DNA from: a virus
Lineage: Duplodnaviria > Caudoviricetes
DNA length: 59,894 nt
Strand: one strand, 5' to 3'
IMG/VR virus record: IMGVR_UViG_3300033388_003934
Span: 1 to 59,894 of that record
Shown here: positions 10,756 through 23,100 of the stretch, in pieces
Position numbering within the stretch: position 1 is the stretch's first letter
Layout of the letters: each line of letters opens with the position of its first letter
Translations under genes and position numbers: made by a program
Notes under the pieces: model-generated
Database searches by the model: none
What the model saw: the letters and a program-made list of their open reading frames with translations, nothing else
What the model was told of the DNA's origin: nothing

Positions 10756-13700
10756 ATGCCAAAAGAAAAAAGTAAATATGACGGTTTAAAAACTCAGTAT
10801 GGTTCTTATACTTCAGAAGCTGCTGCCGAATTAAATTATTTAGAAGGAGTTTATTATAGAACTCCGAGTCAAACTCGAAGAGCTGGTTATTTAAGAGGTT
10901 TAAAAGCTGATGCTGAAAAACAAGCTGCCGCTAATAAAGCTGCTGAAGAAGAAAAGCAAAATACTCAAAATGCTTTAAATACATATAAGTTTCGTCAAGA
11001 ATCTGAATTAGGAAGCTCTCAAAAAGAAAATCATTACGGGAAAAAACAAACTCCTGAAAAATTCTATGAAATATATTATCCAAAAGTTGCTAAAGCATTA
11101 GAAGGAACTAATGTATCTCCTGAATTAGCTATGGCACAATTAGCTATAGAAACTGGTTGGGGAAGAACTATTAATTCTGAAAATGGTTTTGCAGCAGTAT
11201 TTGGTAAAAAACATGGTTCAAAAGAAGATGGTAAATATGCTGAAATTCAAACAGTTGAAGATATATCTGAAGATAAAATACAAGAATATATAGATAAAAA
11301 TCGTGATAAACTTGTATTAACTGATACGCCAAATCAATATAATCAAAACTATAAAGTAGGAGATAAATATGTTGATTTAAATATGCACGAATATACTAAT
11401 AGACCAGGGGAACAATATAAAGAACCTAAACTAAGAGTTAAGATTCGAGATAATTTTAGTGCTTATGATTCATTTGAAGATGCTATAAAAGGATATGCAG
11501 AGCTTTTAACAACTAATGATAATTATAAAAATAATTTTTATGCTGCTGGAGATGGTTTAGATCCTATAGCACAAGCAAGAGGAATAGCTCCGAAATATGC
11601 AACAAGTGCTGGATATGCAGATGATTTAGTTTCAATAATAAATACAAGTAGAGAAAAAGGAAGATTAGCTGGTGGTAAAATGGCTGTTAGTGGTGCTAAA
11701 AATGAAGCTTTTATAGAAAGAAATCCTGATGGAACTGCTACATATTATACAAAGGCTGGTCCAGATGCATTGAAATTAAATGAAGATGGTGTATATGATT
11801 ATGGAAAATGGAATGACCCAAACAATAAATATTTTGGATATTATCAAGCTCCATTTACATTGCCAGATAACCATCAATTAATCAATGCAGGTGATTATCA
11901 ATATATTGTTTCGCCAGGAACTACAGATAATCCAAATGGTCAATTATTTAGAGTAGATGAAGCACAACAACAAGCAAAAAGTTGGAACTCATATAATACA
12001 AATTTTGATTTATCAAATAAAGTAGGTGTGTCTGATTTAACAAGTTGGGCATCTGGTTCAGATAAAGCAGGTTCTCCAGCGGCTGCATTATTAAGAGAAG
12101 CTAATGAATATGCTAATGAACATAATTTAGACAAAAAGGATGGTGATTGGTCACAAGAAGAATTTGACGGCATTAAAAAGTTTAGAAATCTTATGAATGT
12201 TTATAAATCAAATCCTCAATATAGAGATGATGATTTAGCTGAACAAGAATATGCATTTAATAAAAGGGTAATGGTTCCTTTTTATAAAAAACAATTAAAT
12301 GAAGTTGTTGATTGGTCACAACAAAGAGTAAATAATGTTGAAAATGAATTATTACAAGCTGTAGCAAATGATGCTCCAGATGATGTAATTGCAGAAATTA
12401 GAGGAAGAAGAGACCAAGTACAATATGATTATGAGCAAACAAAATTGGCTACTAATCAAATGATAAAAGGTATTGATGATGCTGTAGCACCTGAAAAAAG
12501 AACTCCAAGTAGTTATGGTGGCTTTGAAGAGATGGTAATGTCTTTTGAAAATTGGTTATCTCCTGGTGCTGTAGGAATACAATATAATGTTGATCAAGAA
12601 GGTAATAAATTAATAGGTACTTCTGATGAAGAAAAATCTGAATTTTTAGCAAATTTCGATGCAACATTAAAACCATTTTTTAATGCAGCTGTTGATAGAA
12701 ATAATGAAAGAATAGAAAATTGGAATGCTGCTCAAAATCAACCTCAAAACACAAGTGTAATAGACCCTAATAATCCATATCAAGGTCAAAATCCCAATAC
12801 AAATAATACTAATAGAACAAATACTGGAGTTAGTTATGGAACAAGTGGATATGGATATCAGCCAAAGATTAATGAAGCTAATTTTAATCCTAATATGGAT
12901 TATATTAATGATTTAGGTACAGTAGCAGAAGTAACTGATGATGGAGAAGTTGTAAGGAAAGAAAAAACACTTAAAGAGTTACAAAATGAAATGGCTGATG
13001 TTACAGCTTCATTAGAAACAGCAAGTACCCCTATTGAACAAGTGGGTGTTTATGCTCCTGATTTAGAATCTGATGATAATATTGGAGGATTTCTTGGAGA
13101 TGCTGGTAGAGCTTTAGTTGGTATTCGTGGTGCTACAGAGCAAGTTCCTGAATATCAAACTGGTAGTATGTATAATCTTGCTATGGATGAAATGACTGCT
13201 CGTAGAAATTTAGGTATGTCAGATGAGGAAATTGCTCAAATGAGAAATTTAGCTGAAAGAGGTTATGGATATGATGTTAAAAACATTAGAAGATTATCTG
13301 GTGGTAGTGCTGGTGTTGCATTAGGTAACTTAGGAAGAGCACAAAATCAATTATATGATCAATATACAAATATAGCTGCTGCAGACCAAAGAGTAAGACA
13401 AGCTAATAGAGCACAGTTTTATCAAGGTGCTATGACAGATGAAAATGTCAATAGACAAAAATTCCAAGATGAATTACAGCAAGTATTAATGAATAAACAA
13501 GCTGGTGCTGGTTTAGTTAATGATGCATTAAGTAATATAGATGATAGAATACAATTTAATAAATTCTATGGAAAAGGCTCACCATATTATGAAATGAAAA
13601 AATCTACATGGTTAAGTTCAGAACAAGAAAGAATCGATAAAGAAGAAGCATTAAAGAATAGTAGACAAAAACATATTGATGATTTAACAAAACAACAAAG

Positions 13701-15441
13701 AGATTTACAGGCTCAAATTGATGAAAAACAAACATATGATGTAAATACTCCTTTAACTCTTGCAAATCAAGATGATGATAAAACTACAGCGTCTGGAGAA
13801 GCTTTATTAAATTCTGTAACTAATAATATTCCATTTACTACACAAGAAGAAGGTGATGCATTTAGAACATATATGCAAAAAAATCATCCTGATTGGACAG
13901 CTGAAGATGGAGAAAAATTAGACCCAATAGGTGGTTATGACAATAAATGGATTAATCAAGCTAAACAAGAATTTGGAAAAGAATATGAAGGGTATCAAGA
14001 TGAAGTAGCTGCTCAAGCAGAAAAGACTCAAACAGGAGCTAATGAAGATGGATTCTTTAATGTAAGTAGTGAAGATGGTTTTCAGCCTAAAGGAGATCCT
14101 GCAGAAATAGAAATGTATAATAAGTTAGTTAATGAACAAGGAATGGAACCTATGAAAGCATTAACTGAAATTAGAAATCAAAGAAGAGGAGATGAAGTCG
14201 AAGAAGAAGTTACTACAGTAGAAGAAGAGCCTAAAACTGATTTTACTTTTGAAGAATGGAAAGCAAAATATCCAGATGGAACAAGAGAAGAATATGATAA
14301 TAGACCTCCTTCAAATTATAATGAAATTGTAGAAGAAACAAAACCAGCAGATTTAACTGGAAATGTATTTGATATGTCAGCTGCAGATGTTGGATATAGT
14401 CCTGAAGATTTTCCTGATGATCAAGATGAAAAATTCAATATATATGGTATTACTGAAAATACTTGGAATGGAATGGATGAAGATACTAAACAAACTATTA
14501 TAGAACAAGGTCCAGCAAAAAAAGAAGTAGCAGAACCAGGTACATCATTAGTTGAAAGTACAGAAGAAGGTGCTGCTGAAGCAGCTGATGCAATTGAAAA
14601 TGTATTAAAGCAAGGTGGTACTACCGAAGATGCAGAGGCTATAGCTGATGAATATGTTGCTACTGGAGAAACAACTGAACCAGTTTATAGTAATTCTGCA
14701 GTAAATGAAGGTGGTGAATTAGTATTTAATTTCAACGGTAAAGAAGTTAAAGAATCAGATTTTGCAGATCCTCCATTAGAAAATAAAAATGATGGTCAAG
14801 ATTATTTAAGAAATATTCATAATGAGGAAGCAGCATTTGGTAGCTTTAGTGGAACTGGAGTTGGCAATTATGGATATACTGGTACAGGAGCTAAAGGTAA
14901 AGCATTGTTGGGATATTTTAATCAAGCTGAAGGAGATAAAGCACAAAAAGCATTGACTACAACTAATAAATATATTATTGGAGAAGATGGTCAAGACAAA
15001 TTGAATGGTGGTAATACTACAATTCTACAAGATTTAAAAATGTCAAGAAAAGATTTTGATTTATTACCTGATGATGTTAAATCAGAATTAGTTAATTGGA
15101 AATTAAATACAGGTAGAGGAACTACTGATTTAGTTATGATAGCTGGTGGTGGAGATTGGGATGGGAAAAGAGCATTTAATGACCCATCTCCAACTGCTGA
15201 TAAAATCAAAAATATTGATTTATCTAAATTAACTAAAGAAGATTTAAAAGCAGCAAGACAAGAATTGTATAAAGGCAGAATTGATGGTTTAGAGGCAATT
15301 TGGGATGGATATTCTGAAAGATTAGATAATGATGATTATGGAGATGAAGGATTACATGCTTTATTAGCAAAATATGAAAAAGCATTGGCAAACTGGGAAG
15401 AAGCTCACAAGGGATATGAAAATTCACAAAAATACAGATAA
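10756..15441 (+). CDS. Large ejected cargo protein with GH73/FlgJ-like glucosaminidase domain
   Basis: AMAQLAIETGWG ... FSAYDSFEDAIKGYAELL ... KYATSAGYADDL at about 11050-11660. Confidence 0.7.
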   Translation: MPKEKSKYDGLKTQYGSYTSEAAAELNYLEGVYYRTPSQTRRAGYLRGLKADAEKQAAANKAAEEEKQNTQNALNTYKFRQESELGSSQKENHYGKKQTPEKFYEIYYPKVAKALEGTNVSPELAMAQLAIETGWGRTINSENGFAAVFGKKHGSKEDGKYAEIQTVEDISEDKIQEYIDKNRDKLVLTDTPNQYNQNYKVGDKYVDLNMHEYTNRPGEQYKEPKLRVKIRDNFSAYDSFEDAIKGYAELLTTNDNYKNNFYAAGDGLDPIAQARGIAPKYATSAGYADDLVSIINTSREKGRLAGGKMAVSGAKNEAFIERNPDGTATYYTKAGPDALKLNEDGVYDYGKWNDPNNKYFGYYQAPFTLPDNHQLINAGDYQYIVSPGTTDNPNGQLFRVDEAQQQAKSWNSYNTNFDLSNKVGVSDLTSWASGSDKAGSPAAALLREANEYANEHNLDKKDGDWSQEEFDGIKKFRNLMNVYKSNPQYRDDDLAEQEYAFNKRVMVPFYKKQLNEVVDWSQQRVNNVENELLQAVANDAPDDVIAEIRGRRDQVQYDYEQTKLATNQMIKGIDDAVAPEKRTPSSYGGFEEMVMSFENWLSPGAVGIQYNVDQEGNKLIGTSDEEKSEFLANFDATLKPFFNAAVDRNNERIENWNAAQNQPQNTSVIDPNNPYQGQNPNTNNTNRTNTGVSYGTSGYGYQPKINEANFNPNMDYINDLGTVAEVTDDGEVVRKEKTLKELQNEMADVTASLETASTPIEQVGVYAPDLESDDNIGGFLGDAGRALVGIRGATEQVPEYQTGSMYNLAMDEMTARRNLGMSDEEIAQMRNLAERGYGYDVKNIRRLSGGSAGVALGNLGRAQNQLYDQYTNIAAADQRVRQANRAQFYQGAMTDENVNRQKFQDELQQVLMNKQAGAGLVNDALSNIDDRIQFNKFYGKGSPYYEMKKSTWLSSEQERIDKEEALKNSRQKHIDDLTKQQRDLQAQIDEKQTYDVNTPLTLANQDDDKTTASGEALLNSVTNNIPFTTQEEGDAFRTYMQKNHPDWTAEDGEKLDPIGGYDNKWINQAKQEFGKEYEGYQDEVAAQAEKTQTGANEDGFFNVSSEDGFQPKGDPAEIEMYNKLVNEQGMEPMKALTEIRNQRRGDEVEEEVTTVEEEPKTDFTFEEWKAKYPDGTREEYDNRPPSNYNEIVEETKPADLTGNVFDMSAADVGYSPEDFPDDQDEKFNIYGITENTWNGMDEDTKQTIIEQGPAKKEVAEPGTSLVESTEEGAAEAADAIENVLKQGGTTEDAEAIADEYVATGETTEPVYSNSAVNEGGELVFNFNGKEVKESDFADPPLENKNDGQDYLRNIHNEEAAFGSFSGTGVGNYGYTGTGAKGKALLGYFNQAEGDKAQKALTTTNKYIIGEDGQDKLNGGNTTILQDLKMSRKDFDLLPDDVKSELVNWKLNTGRGTTDLVMIAGGGDWDGKRAFNDPSPTADKIKNIDLSKLTKEDLKAARQELYKGRIDGLEAIWDGYSERLDNDDYGDEGLHALLAKYEKALANWEEAHKGYENSQKYR

Positions 15442-15469
15442 TAATAAAATAATACTTTAAATTTACATT

Positions 15470-17143
15470 ATGGCAGATTGGGGTTTATATTCAGCATTAA
15501 GAGGAAAGAACAATTGGCAACAAAAAAGAGCAGATGCCATGATGGATTTCCAAATGACTGAAGCTCTTAGAGCTAAAAGAGAAAGGGAAAACCAACAACG
15601 AATGCAAATGGAATCCAAATTTTTGGAATACCAAAATGCAGTTCAAAATTTAGATGTTTTAAAAGAAGATCAAGAAAGAATTAGAGGAGTAGAAAAACAA
15701 GCTCGACAAGATGTTGTTGCTGGTATTGCTAAATATGATGGTGATATTAAAAGATTTATGAGCAGTGGTGGTTTACAAACAATGAATGCATATCAACAAA
15801 AAGTAATGCAATCTGATGAATTAGCAAATGCTATTCGAAATAAACAGAACATGGCTCAATGGTTAGCTGATAGAGCTAAAGGTGATAGATTTATTAAAGG
15901 TGTTAAGGTAGAAAAAGAATTTACAGACCCAAAAACAGGTGAAAAAACAAAAAGAAATGTACAAACAACAATGGATGAACAAATGGCATTGTTTAAAGAA
16001 GGTAAATTAAATAACTTTCAGTATAATGGTTCTGAAAAGAAAGTTCAAATTAATCCAGCTTTATTTAAAAAATCTGTTAAAGATGCTACTAACCCATATA
16101 GTAAAGATAATTATGTTACTCAATCAAATGTATTTGATGCTGCATTAATGCAAGGTGCAAGTAATGAACAAGCTATGCAATTAGCACAAGATTATGGAAG
16201 AGCAGTTGAATCATCTGGAAGTCCTGAAAATGCATGGAGATGGGGAGCTGGTAATCCACTTGATGTTGAAAAATTAAAAATGCAAGCAAGTCAATTTGAT
16301 GAACAAATGGATTATAGATGGGCTTCATTAGAAAATCAAAAACAATGGCAAGCATATAAAGCTAAAGTAGGAGCTCAACAAGATAATAGAATAGGTTCGT
16401 TTGCTGAAACTACATATAGGAAATTATTACAAGGTGGAGATGGTGCAGTAAGTACAGACCAAATTGTTGCTAATGAAATTCCTAAAATAATGACTAATAA
16501 ATTTAAAGCATTTCCTTCAGGAAAGGATAATGTTTATAATGCACAATATATGTATAACGGTCCAATATTTACTGCTGATTCTAAAACGGTTGATGGAAGA
16601 ACAACAACTTCGATTGCTGGAAGTCAAATAGATGCTCAAGGATTGCCTATAACTATAGGTGACCCAAATAGTTATACATCTTTTGTAAATGTAACAGATG
16701 CAAATGGACAAGCTCAATTAATGATGCCTGTATTTGCTGCTGGTTCTCCTGATAATCCAGCATTTGCTCAAGCACAAGCAAACGGAAGTGTAGGAAATTG
16801 GAAAGTAAATGAAGATTATGTAGACCAAGTAACTCAAACTGCTGGAAGTTCATTTGTTGGTTTAATTCCTGTAACAGATATATTGGCTAATAGGTCAAAT
16901 ACTTTAGCAATAGATAAGTCTATAGGTATAGCTCCAGGTAAAATGGAATATGGTGGAGCTGCTGGAACAGCAAGTTATGAAGATGTAATGCAACAAAATC
17001 TTAATATGTTTGGTGGTGATATAAATGCTTATCAACAAATGGTAACTCAAAATTTAGGAACATATTATGGACCATCATCGCCTGGTGGTGCTACACAAAT
17101 GGGAATGGATCAATATTATCAATCAATGAATAGACAGCCTTAA
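15470..17143 (+). CDS. Ejected cargo protein (Gln-rich coiled coil)
   Basis: 557-aa ORF between giant virion proteins. Confidence 0.5.
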   Translation: MADWGLYSALRGKNNWQQKRADAMMDFQMTEALRAKRERENQQRMQMESKFLEYQNAVQNLDVLKEDQERIRGVEKQARQDVVAGIAKYDGDIKRFMSSGGLQTMNAYQQKVMQSDELANAIRNKQNMAQWLADRAKGDRFIKGVKVEKEFTDPKTGEKTKRNVQTTMDEQMALFKEGKLNNFQYNGSEKKVQINPALFKKSVKDATNPYSKDNYVTQSNVFDAALMQGASNEQAMQLAQDYGRAVESSGSPENAWRWGAGNPLDVEKLKMQASQFDEQMDYRWASLENQKQWQAYKAKVGAQQDNRIGSFAETTYRKLLQGGDGAVSTDQIVANEIPKIMTNKFKAFPSGKDNVYNAQYMYNGPIFTADSKTVDGRTTTSIAGSQIDAQGLPITIGDPNSYTSFVNVTDANGQAQLMMPVFAAGSPDNPAFAQAQANGSVGNWKVNEDYVDQVTQTAGSSFVGLIPVTDILANRSNTLAIDKSIGIAPGKMEYGGAAGTASYEDVMQQNLNMFGGDINAYQQMVTQNLGTYYGPSSPGGATQMGMDQYYQSMNRQP

Positions 17144-17145
17144 TA

Positions 17146-20100
17146 ATGGGAGATTATGTAAAAAATAAAATGCAAGCATCTGGTGGGAATCCAGGTGGTA
17201 GAAGATATACTGATGATTTTCGTGATAGAACTCCACATCTTGTAGATGTAGAAGGAAATATCAATCTTGATAGAGAATTTTTAGAAGGTAGGTCTGATAT
17301 GGAACAACAAATGACTTCTATGGGGTTTGATGTTGGAAGATTAGATTTAGCTGAGGCTGACTATGCAGATATGTATAGAGATTGGAATAAGTTAGACGCT
17401 ATGGAAGTGCCTGATTTTTATGACCCTTTTGAAGCAGAATCATATGAATTTGAAAGATGGGCTATCACAGATTTAGCAGCTGGACTATGGAATAGAGGTG
17501 TAGCTGGAATGGTTAGTGGTGTTGCACAAGCTCCAGCATTACTTGGTGCTGCAATAACTGGTTCAGAAGAAGGAGATTTTTGGGACACTTGGATTGATGG
17601 TGTTAATGAAATGGAAGAGGGAATGTCTATTCAGGCAAGTGATAAAGCTTTAAAACCTATGACTGATGGTTTTAATGCTAATAACTTTGCATATGCGTTT
17701 GGTGATGGTTTAGGATTTATGGCTGATATATTTTTAGGTAGCAAAGGTGCTGGTGCATTATTAAAAGCCGGTTCAGCTGCGTCTAAAATACAAAGAACTC
17801 AAAGATTAGGTACTTTCATAACAGGTACTATGCAAATGCAAAAAGACCTTTATAAAGAAGGAATTGCTGCGGGATTGTCGCCAGGTAATGCTGCCAGAGT
17901 AGCAATACCTACTGCAATGGTAGTTTCTGCATCAGAAGGTGCTGCATTAGAAATGTTAGGAATGACAATAAGTGGACAAATGTTAAGAGGTGCATCAAGG
18001 TCTGCTTTAAGAGCTGAATTAAAAGCTTTAGGTAAAGCTGGGGGAGAATTAAATTTAGCAAACTTTAAAAAATTAGTTCCAAGTACTGCAAGAAGTGTTG
18101 GACAAAAAATGAAAGATTTTGGAACAGGTTTTGTAAAAGGTTATCCTGTAGAAGCAACACAAGAATTTGTACAAACATATATAGAAGATTTAGGAAAACA
18201 TGCATATGATACATGGTTTGCTGGAAAAGATGCAGTAAAAGGAGCAGGGAAATTTGGTGTAGATTGGAAAGAAACATTTGAAAAAGCTGTTGTTAGTGGT
18301 ATAGTTGGTGGAATGGTTGGTGGAACTATTGGTGGTGGAGGATCAGCTATAAGAGGAATAGAAGGAAATACTACATTTACTTATGTTAAAGATGCTATAG
18401 ATAATAATAAACCTGGTAAAGTAAAAAGGCTTATTAATAAAGTTAATAGAATGGGTTCTACGGGAGCGATAAAAAATGCTCCAGAAGTAATTCAAGCTAT
18501 TAAAGACATGACAAGATATTCACAATCTATTAAAGGTCTTAATATAGATTCAAGTACAGCGAATTTTCAATTATTCCAATTGAATCAAATACAAGATGAA
18601 TTTCAAACAAAATTTGGAAAAGAATTTAAAACAGATGCTAAAACAAATTATTTAATAGCTAATGCTTATAGGATTAATGAGGAAAAAGCTACTATGCTTA
18701 CTCAAGCTATGAATAATGAAATGCAAGTTCTTATTCAAGACAAAAAGCCATTAACTAAAGATTTAAATAAGTTTGAAAGAAAACTATCTAATTATCAAAA
18801 CTTATTTCATAAAATACAAAAAGGTAAAATTAATAAAGAAGAATTAGTTAGTGAGATTAGAAAAAATGAATCACCTGTAGTTACTAAATGGAGACAGCAG
18901 ATAGAAGCTGAAATGGAAGCTATTAAGCAATCACAATTAGATAATGATGGGGTTTCTATTAATCAAGAATTAGATAATTTAGATGATGCAAAGGCAGCTA
19001 AAAAAGCAGAAGGGAAACAATTTGCATATACAGAACTTCCAGGAAATAAAAAAGCATCTAAAGAAGCTATAAATGATTTTGAAAAATTAGTTGCTGAAAA
19101 GGAAAAAGTAAATCAATTAGCTGATACAGATGTTAATGCTGTTGAAAAATTTGCTACAAAATTAGAGCAACAATATGGAATGTCTATACAAGATTTAACT
19201 GCTCTTGAAGAAAATTGGTCTATTGGAGAAGAAATTGGTAAGAAATCTAAAGAAGGTAAATTAAAATATAAAGAACCAACAAAAACCAAAGCAAAGCAAG
19301 AAACTACTGATAAGCCTTTAACTGAAGATGAAAAAAGGATAGAAGCATTTGCTCAAAATTTTGCAGAATCAACAACTGATGAAAACAATAGAAGGTTTGC
19401 TAAAGATGCTAAAGAAGATGAAGCTTTTTATGAAGCTAATAAAGAAGCTATTGAAAAAAGGACATCTGAAATTAAGGCAGAAAAAATGGCTGATGATATG
19501 CTTGTTATGGGTGACGAATTTAAAGCATGGAAGCCAGGTACTAAAGAAGAAAAATTTTATAATGAAAATAAAGAGCTTGTAGATAAAAAATTAGAAGAAT
19601 TAAAAGCTGAAAAAAAGAAGCCTGAAACTAAGGAAAAAGAAACTAAGAAGAAAGAAGTTAAAGAAGAAGCTCCTAAAAATAAATTACAAGAATTATCAGA
19701 TTCAATTGATAATAATAAAAATTTAAATGAAAGAGATTTAAATGCATATCAAGATGAATTACAAAAATTAGCAGATGAAGGTGTTGGCACTGTAGAAGAA
19801 AGGGCAGAATTAAATGATAAAATAGCTAAAAATAGAGAGCAACTTAAATCATTAACAGAAGAACAAATTATAGAAGAAGCACCTACAGAAGCTAAAAAAG
19901 AAGAGTCTAAAGAAGAAGTTAAAGAAGATTTAACTGAAGAAATGGTTCCTGAAGGAGTTGATGAAGAAACTCTTTTAGAAGAAAGAGAAAAAGCTAAAAA
20001 AGATGTAGAATATAGTAAACTTTTAAATGAAGAAAATACTATAACAAATAAATTAAAAAAGGTAGGATTAACGGGTAAAGAAAGAGATGGATTGCGTAAA

Positions 20101-23100
20101 AGATTAAAAGAAATTCAAAAAGAAAAAAAAGAAATTGAAGATACTGATAAAGGGCAAGAACAAGAATATGTTGCACCAAGTAAAGAAGAAGAAAAAAATT
20201 CTCAAGATGCATTTGAAAAAAGAAGGCAAAGAAGAAATAGAATTAAAAAGGATCAAAGAAAAAATATAGAAAAAGATAATTTAGAAAGAAATTTAATTCA
20301 AAATAATCCTCAATTATTTAATAAAATATTAAATCATTTCAAAAAATTATTTCCTAATGTGCCTGTAGTAGATATTAATGTTGATACAGCATTTCAAAAT
20401 ACATTATTACATGAAGGTGCTCATATTATCAAAGATATTTTAGGAGATAATCATCCATTAATAAAAGCTGGTATGCAATTTATTAAGGGAACTCAATATT
20501 TTAAAAATGCTCAAATATTATATCCAGAATTAACTGTTGAAGAACAAGCTGAGGAAGCTTTAATGGAAGCTATTGCTGACAATTCTTTAGAAAAATTAAA
20601 AACTAAGTTAGAAGGTACTAATCTACAAAAGTTTGTTGCGTGGTTAAAAAGGTTTTGGAATGCTGCTAAAAAGGCTATAGGACTTAAAAAAGGAAAGCAA
20701 TCAGTTGATATGTTGGCAGATATGTTAGCTTATTCAAAAACTCCTTACAATGCAAATCTTGGTTTATTGCCGAGCTTTAAACAACAAAGATCTATACAAC
20801 ATTTAAAAACGATAAATGAAGTTCAAGTAACTGCTGCATTATCACGAATGGATTACATGCTTGGTGAAAGTAAATTCAATCCAAATGAAGGATTTAATTT
20901 GCAGACTATGGTATATGAAGATTTAGCTGATTTATTGGTGCTTGAACAAGAAATACCAGAATCTAATTCTATTTTTGATGGTTTATCATCTGAATCTGTT
21001 AAAAGTATTTTAGAAGCTAAAACACAAGCTAAAAAAGCACAAAAATTAATGTGGGCTCTTAAAACAGAGTCTAAGGAATTGTGGAATATAATAGAAACTT
21101 CTACAAGGCAATTATCTAAAAAAACATTACCAGTATTAGATGATGTAGAAAATTTAATAAAAGTTTCTTTAAAAAGAGATGATAATGTTTCTAATTCAGT
21201 AAGGTCTATAGTAACTGCATTAGTAGATAATAATGGTTTCTTATATGACTCTAATTTAGTTTATCAACAAATTGCTAAAATTGCTGATGTTTCTGTAGAC
21301 ATTAATTCTTTTGAAAAAACATTAAAAGATTTAGCTGATAACGGAAATGATATAGCTCATAAATTAAATCTAATATTAGATAGTTTTGAAGATAGCACTA
21401 AAAGAGGAATATTATCAGAATTAGCTTCATTAACAACAATAGAATATAGGTCATTAATTAAAAACACTACTGTTCAAGACGGAAAGAAAAAAGTTTCTGT
21501 TCTTTGGAAAAGAGTTAACAAAGATAGAACTGTTGAAGATCAAATAAATGAAATGAGTAATCATTGGAAAAATGCTGATTTACAACAAATAAAAAGTCTT
21601 TTAAATGAAACTATAAATCAAGAAAAAATTGGTCAATTAAAATATTGGAAAGCTGGTTTAAAAAATAATTGGTTTAGATATTCAAAAAATATATTTGAAC
21701 AATTATTTGGAATAAAATTATCAGAAAAAGAATATTTAGATTTCTTAAATAATTATGTAAAATCTGCTGTTGCAACAAAAGACTTATCAAAACAACAAGT
21801 AGAAAGAAGAAGGTTAAAAGGATTAATAGGGTTTAGAGCAAAAGGAAAATCATACGGTAGATTAACTGAAGCTTTTGATCAAATTGAAAGAGAAGGTAAA
21901 TTAGATAAAAAACAAATTTCTGGTGTATTAAGACAGCTTGCGTTAGCTAAACAAGGTGATGCTCTTGCTACTAATTTTGTAAATCAGGCTGGAAATAATG
22001 TTACTGCAACAAGATTAGGATATTGGGTAAATCAATTTAATAAATTATTTACTTATGATAAAGGTTTTAGAGGTGATATAAATAAATCAAATTTATATAA
22101 AGATAATCCTATAATTAATTATTGGAATAAATCTAAAGATAAGCCAGAATGGTTTATACATGATGCGTTTGAAAATGTTGGTTATAGTGGAGCTATTGAA
22201 CATTCATATGCTGAAGTAAATGATATTATACTCAATAACTTCTTTTATTTTTCTCAAAATAAAGGGATTAAAGATGCTTATTTTCAATCAATAGGTGTTA
22301 CTGGTGATAGAGGTCATTTAACTTATTTTAAAGTACCTAAATTTAAAGGAGATAGGCTTAAACAAGAATATAAGAAAAGAGCATTATTAGATGAACAGTT
22401 AATTAACAATAGAGTAAAAAATACTGGTAAGTCTTTAAATGAGGTTGTTATTCAATTTAATAAAACTTCTTTAAATGAAGCAGTTATTGAAAATGGAAAG
22501 GTTGTTGTTAAAACTCCATATGAAGGAAATAAATTTAGTAAGAAAATAAACCAAGAAGTAGATAAAATATATGGTTTATTAGAAAAAACTGATACAATAG
22601 AATCTGTACAATCAGCTAATCCTGATGTTGATGTTAAAAGTATAATTGGAGAATATATATACAATGAAAGCTTAAATCGTTCATATTTAACTGATATATA
22701 TGCCGGGCCTGCTATTTATAAAAAATCTGTTGCTGATGTAATGAAGCGTATGGCTGGATTAAATTCAGGAGGTAAATTAATAAACATAGATAAGCCTGTT
22801 CATGTATTTGTTATAGACACTAAAAAAATGTCTGATTCTTTTTCTTTTAATGGTTCTCATTTTGCGAAAAGGTTAACAGATATGAGTGGAGATACAGATG
22901 TTGTGGGTGTGAATGTAAAAGATATGTTATATGAAATCGGTCCAGAAGGAGATTTAGATTTTTATAAAATGTCTACATTAAATGTTACTGGAGATGTAGA
23001 TGCTAATTCATTAACAGAATTTGCTGATCAAAATGATTTAGCTAATCCTACTGGATATAATGCAATAGGAAATGCAATATTAGAAATTGAAAAAGCTTTA

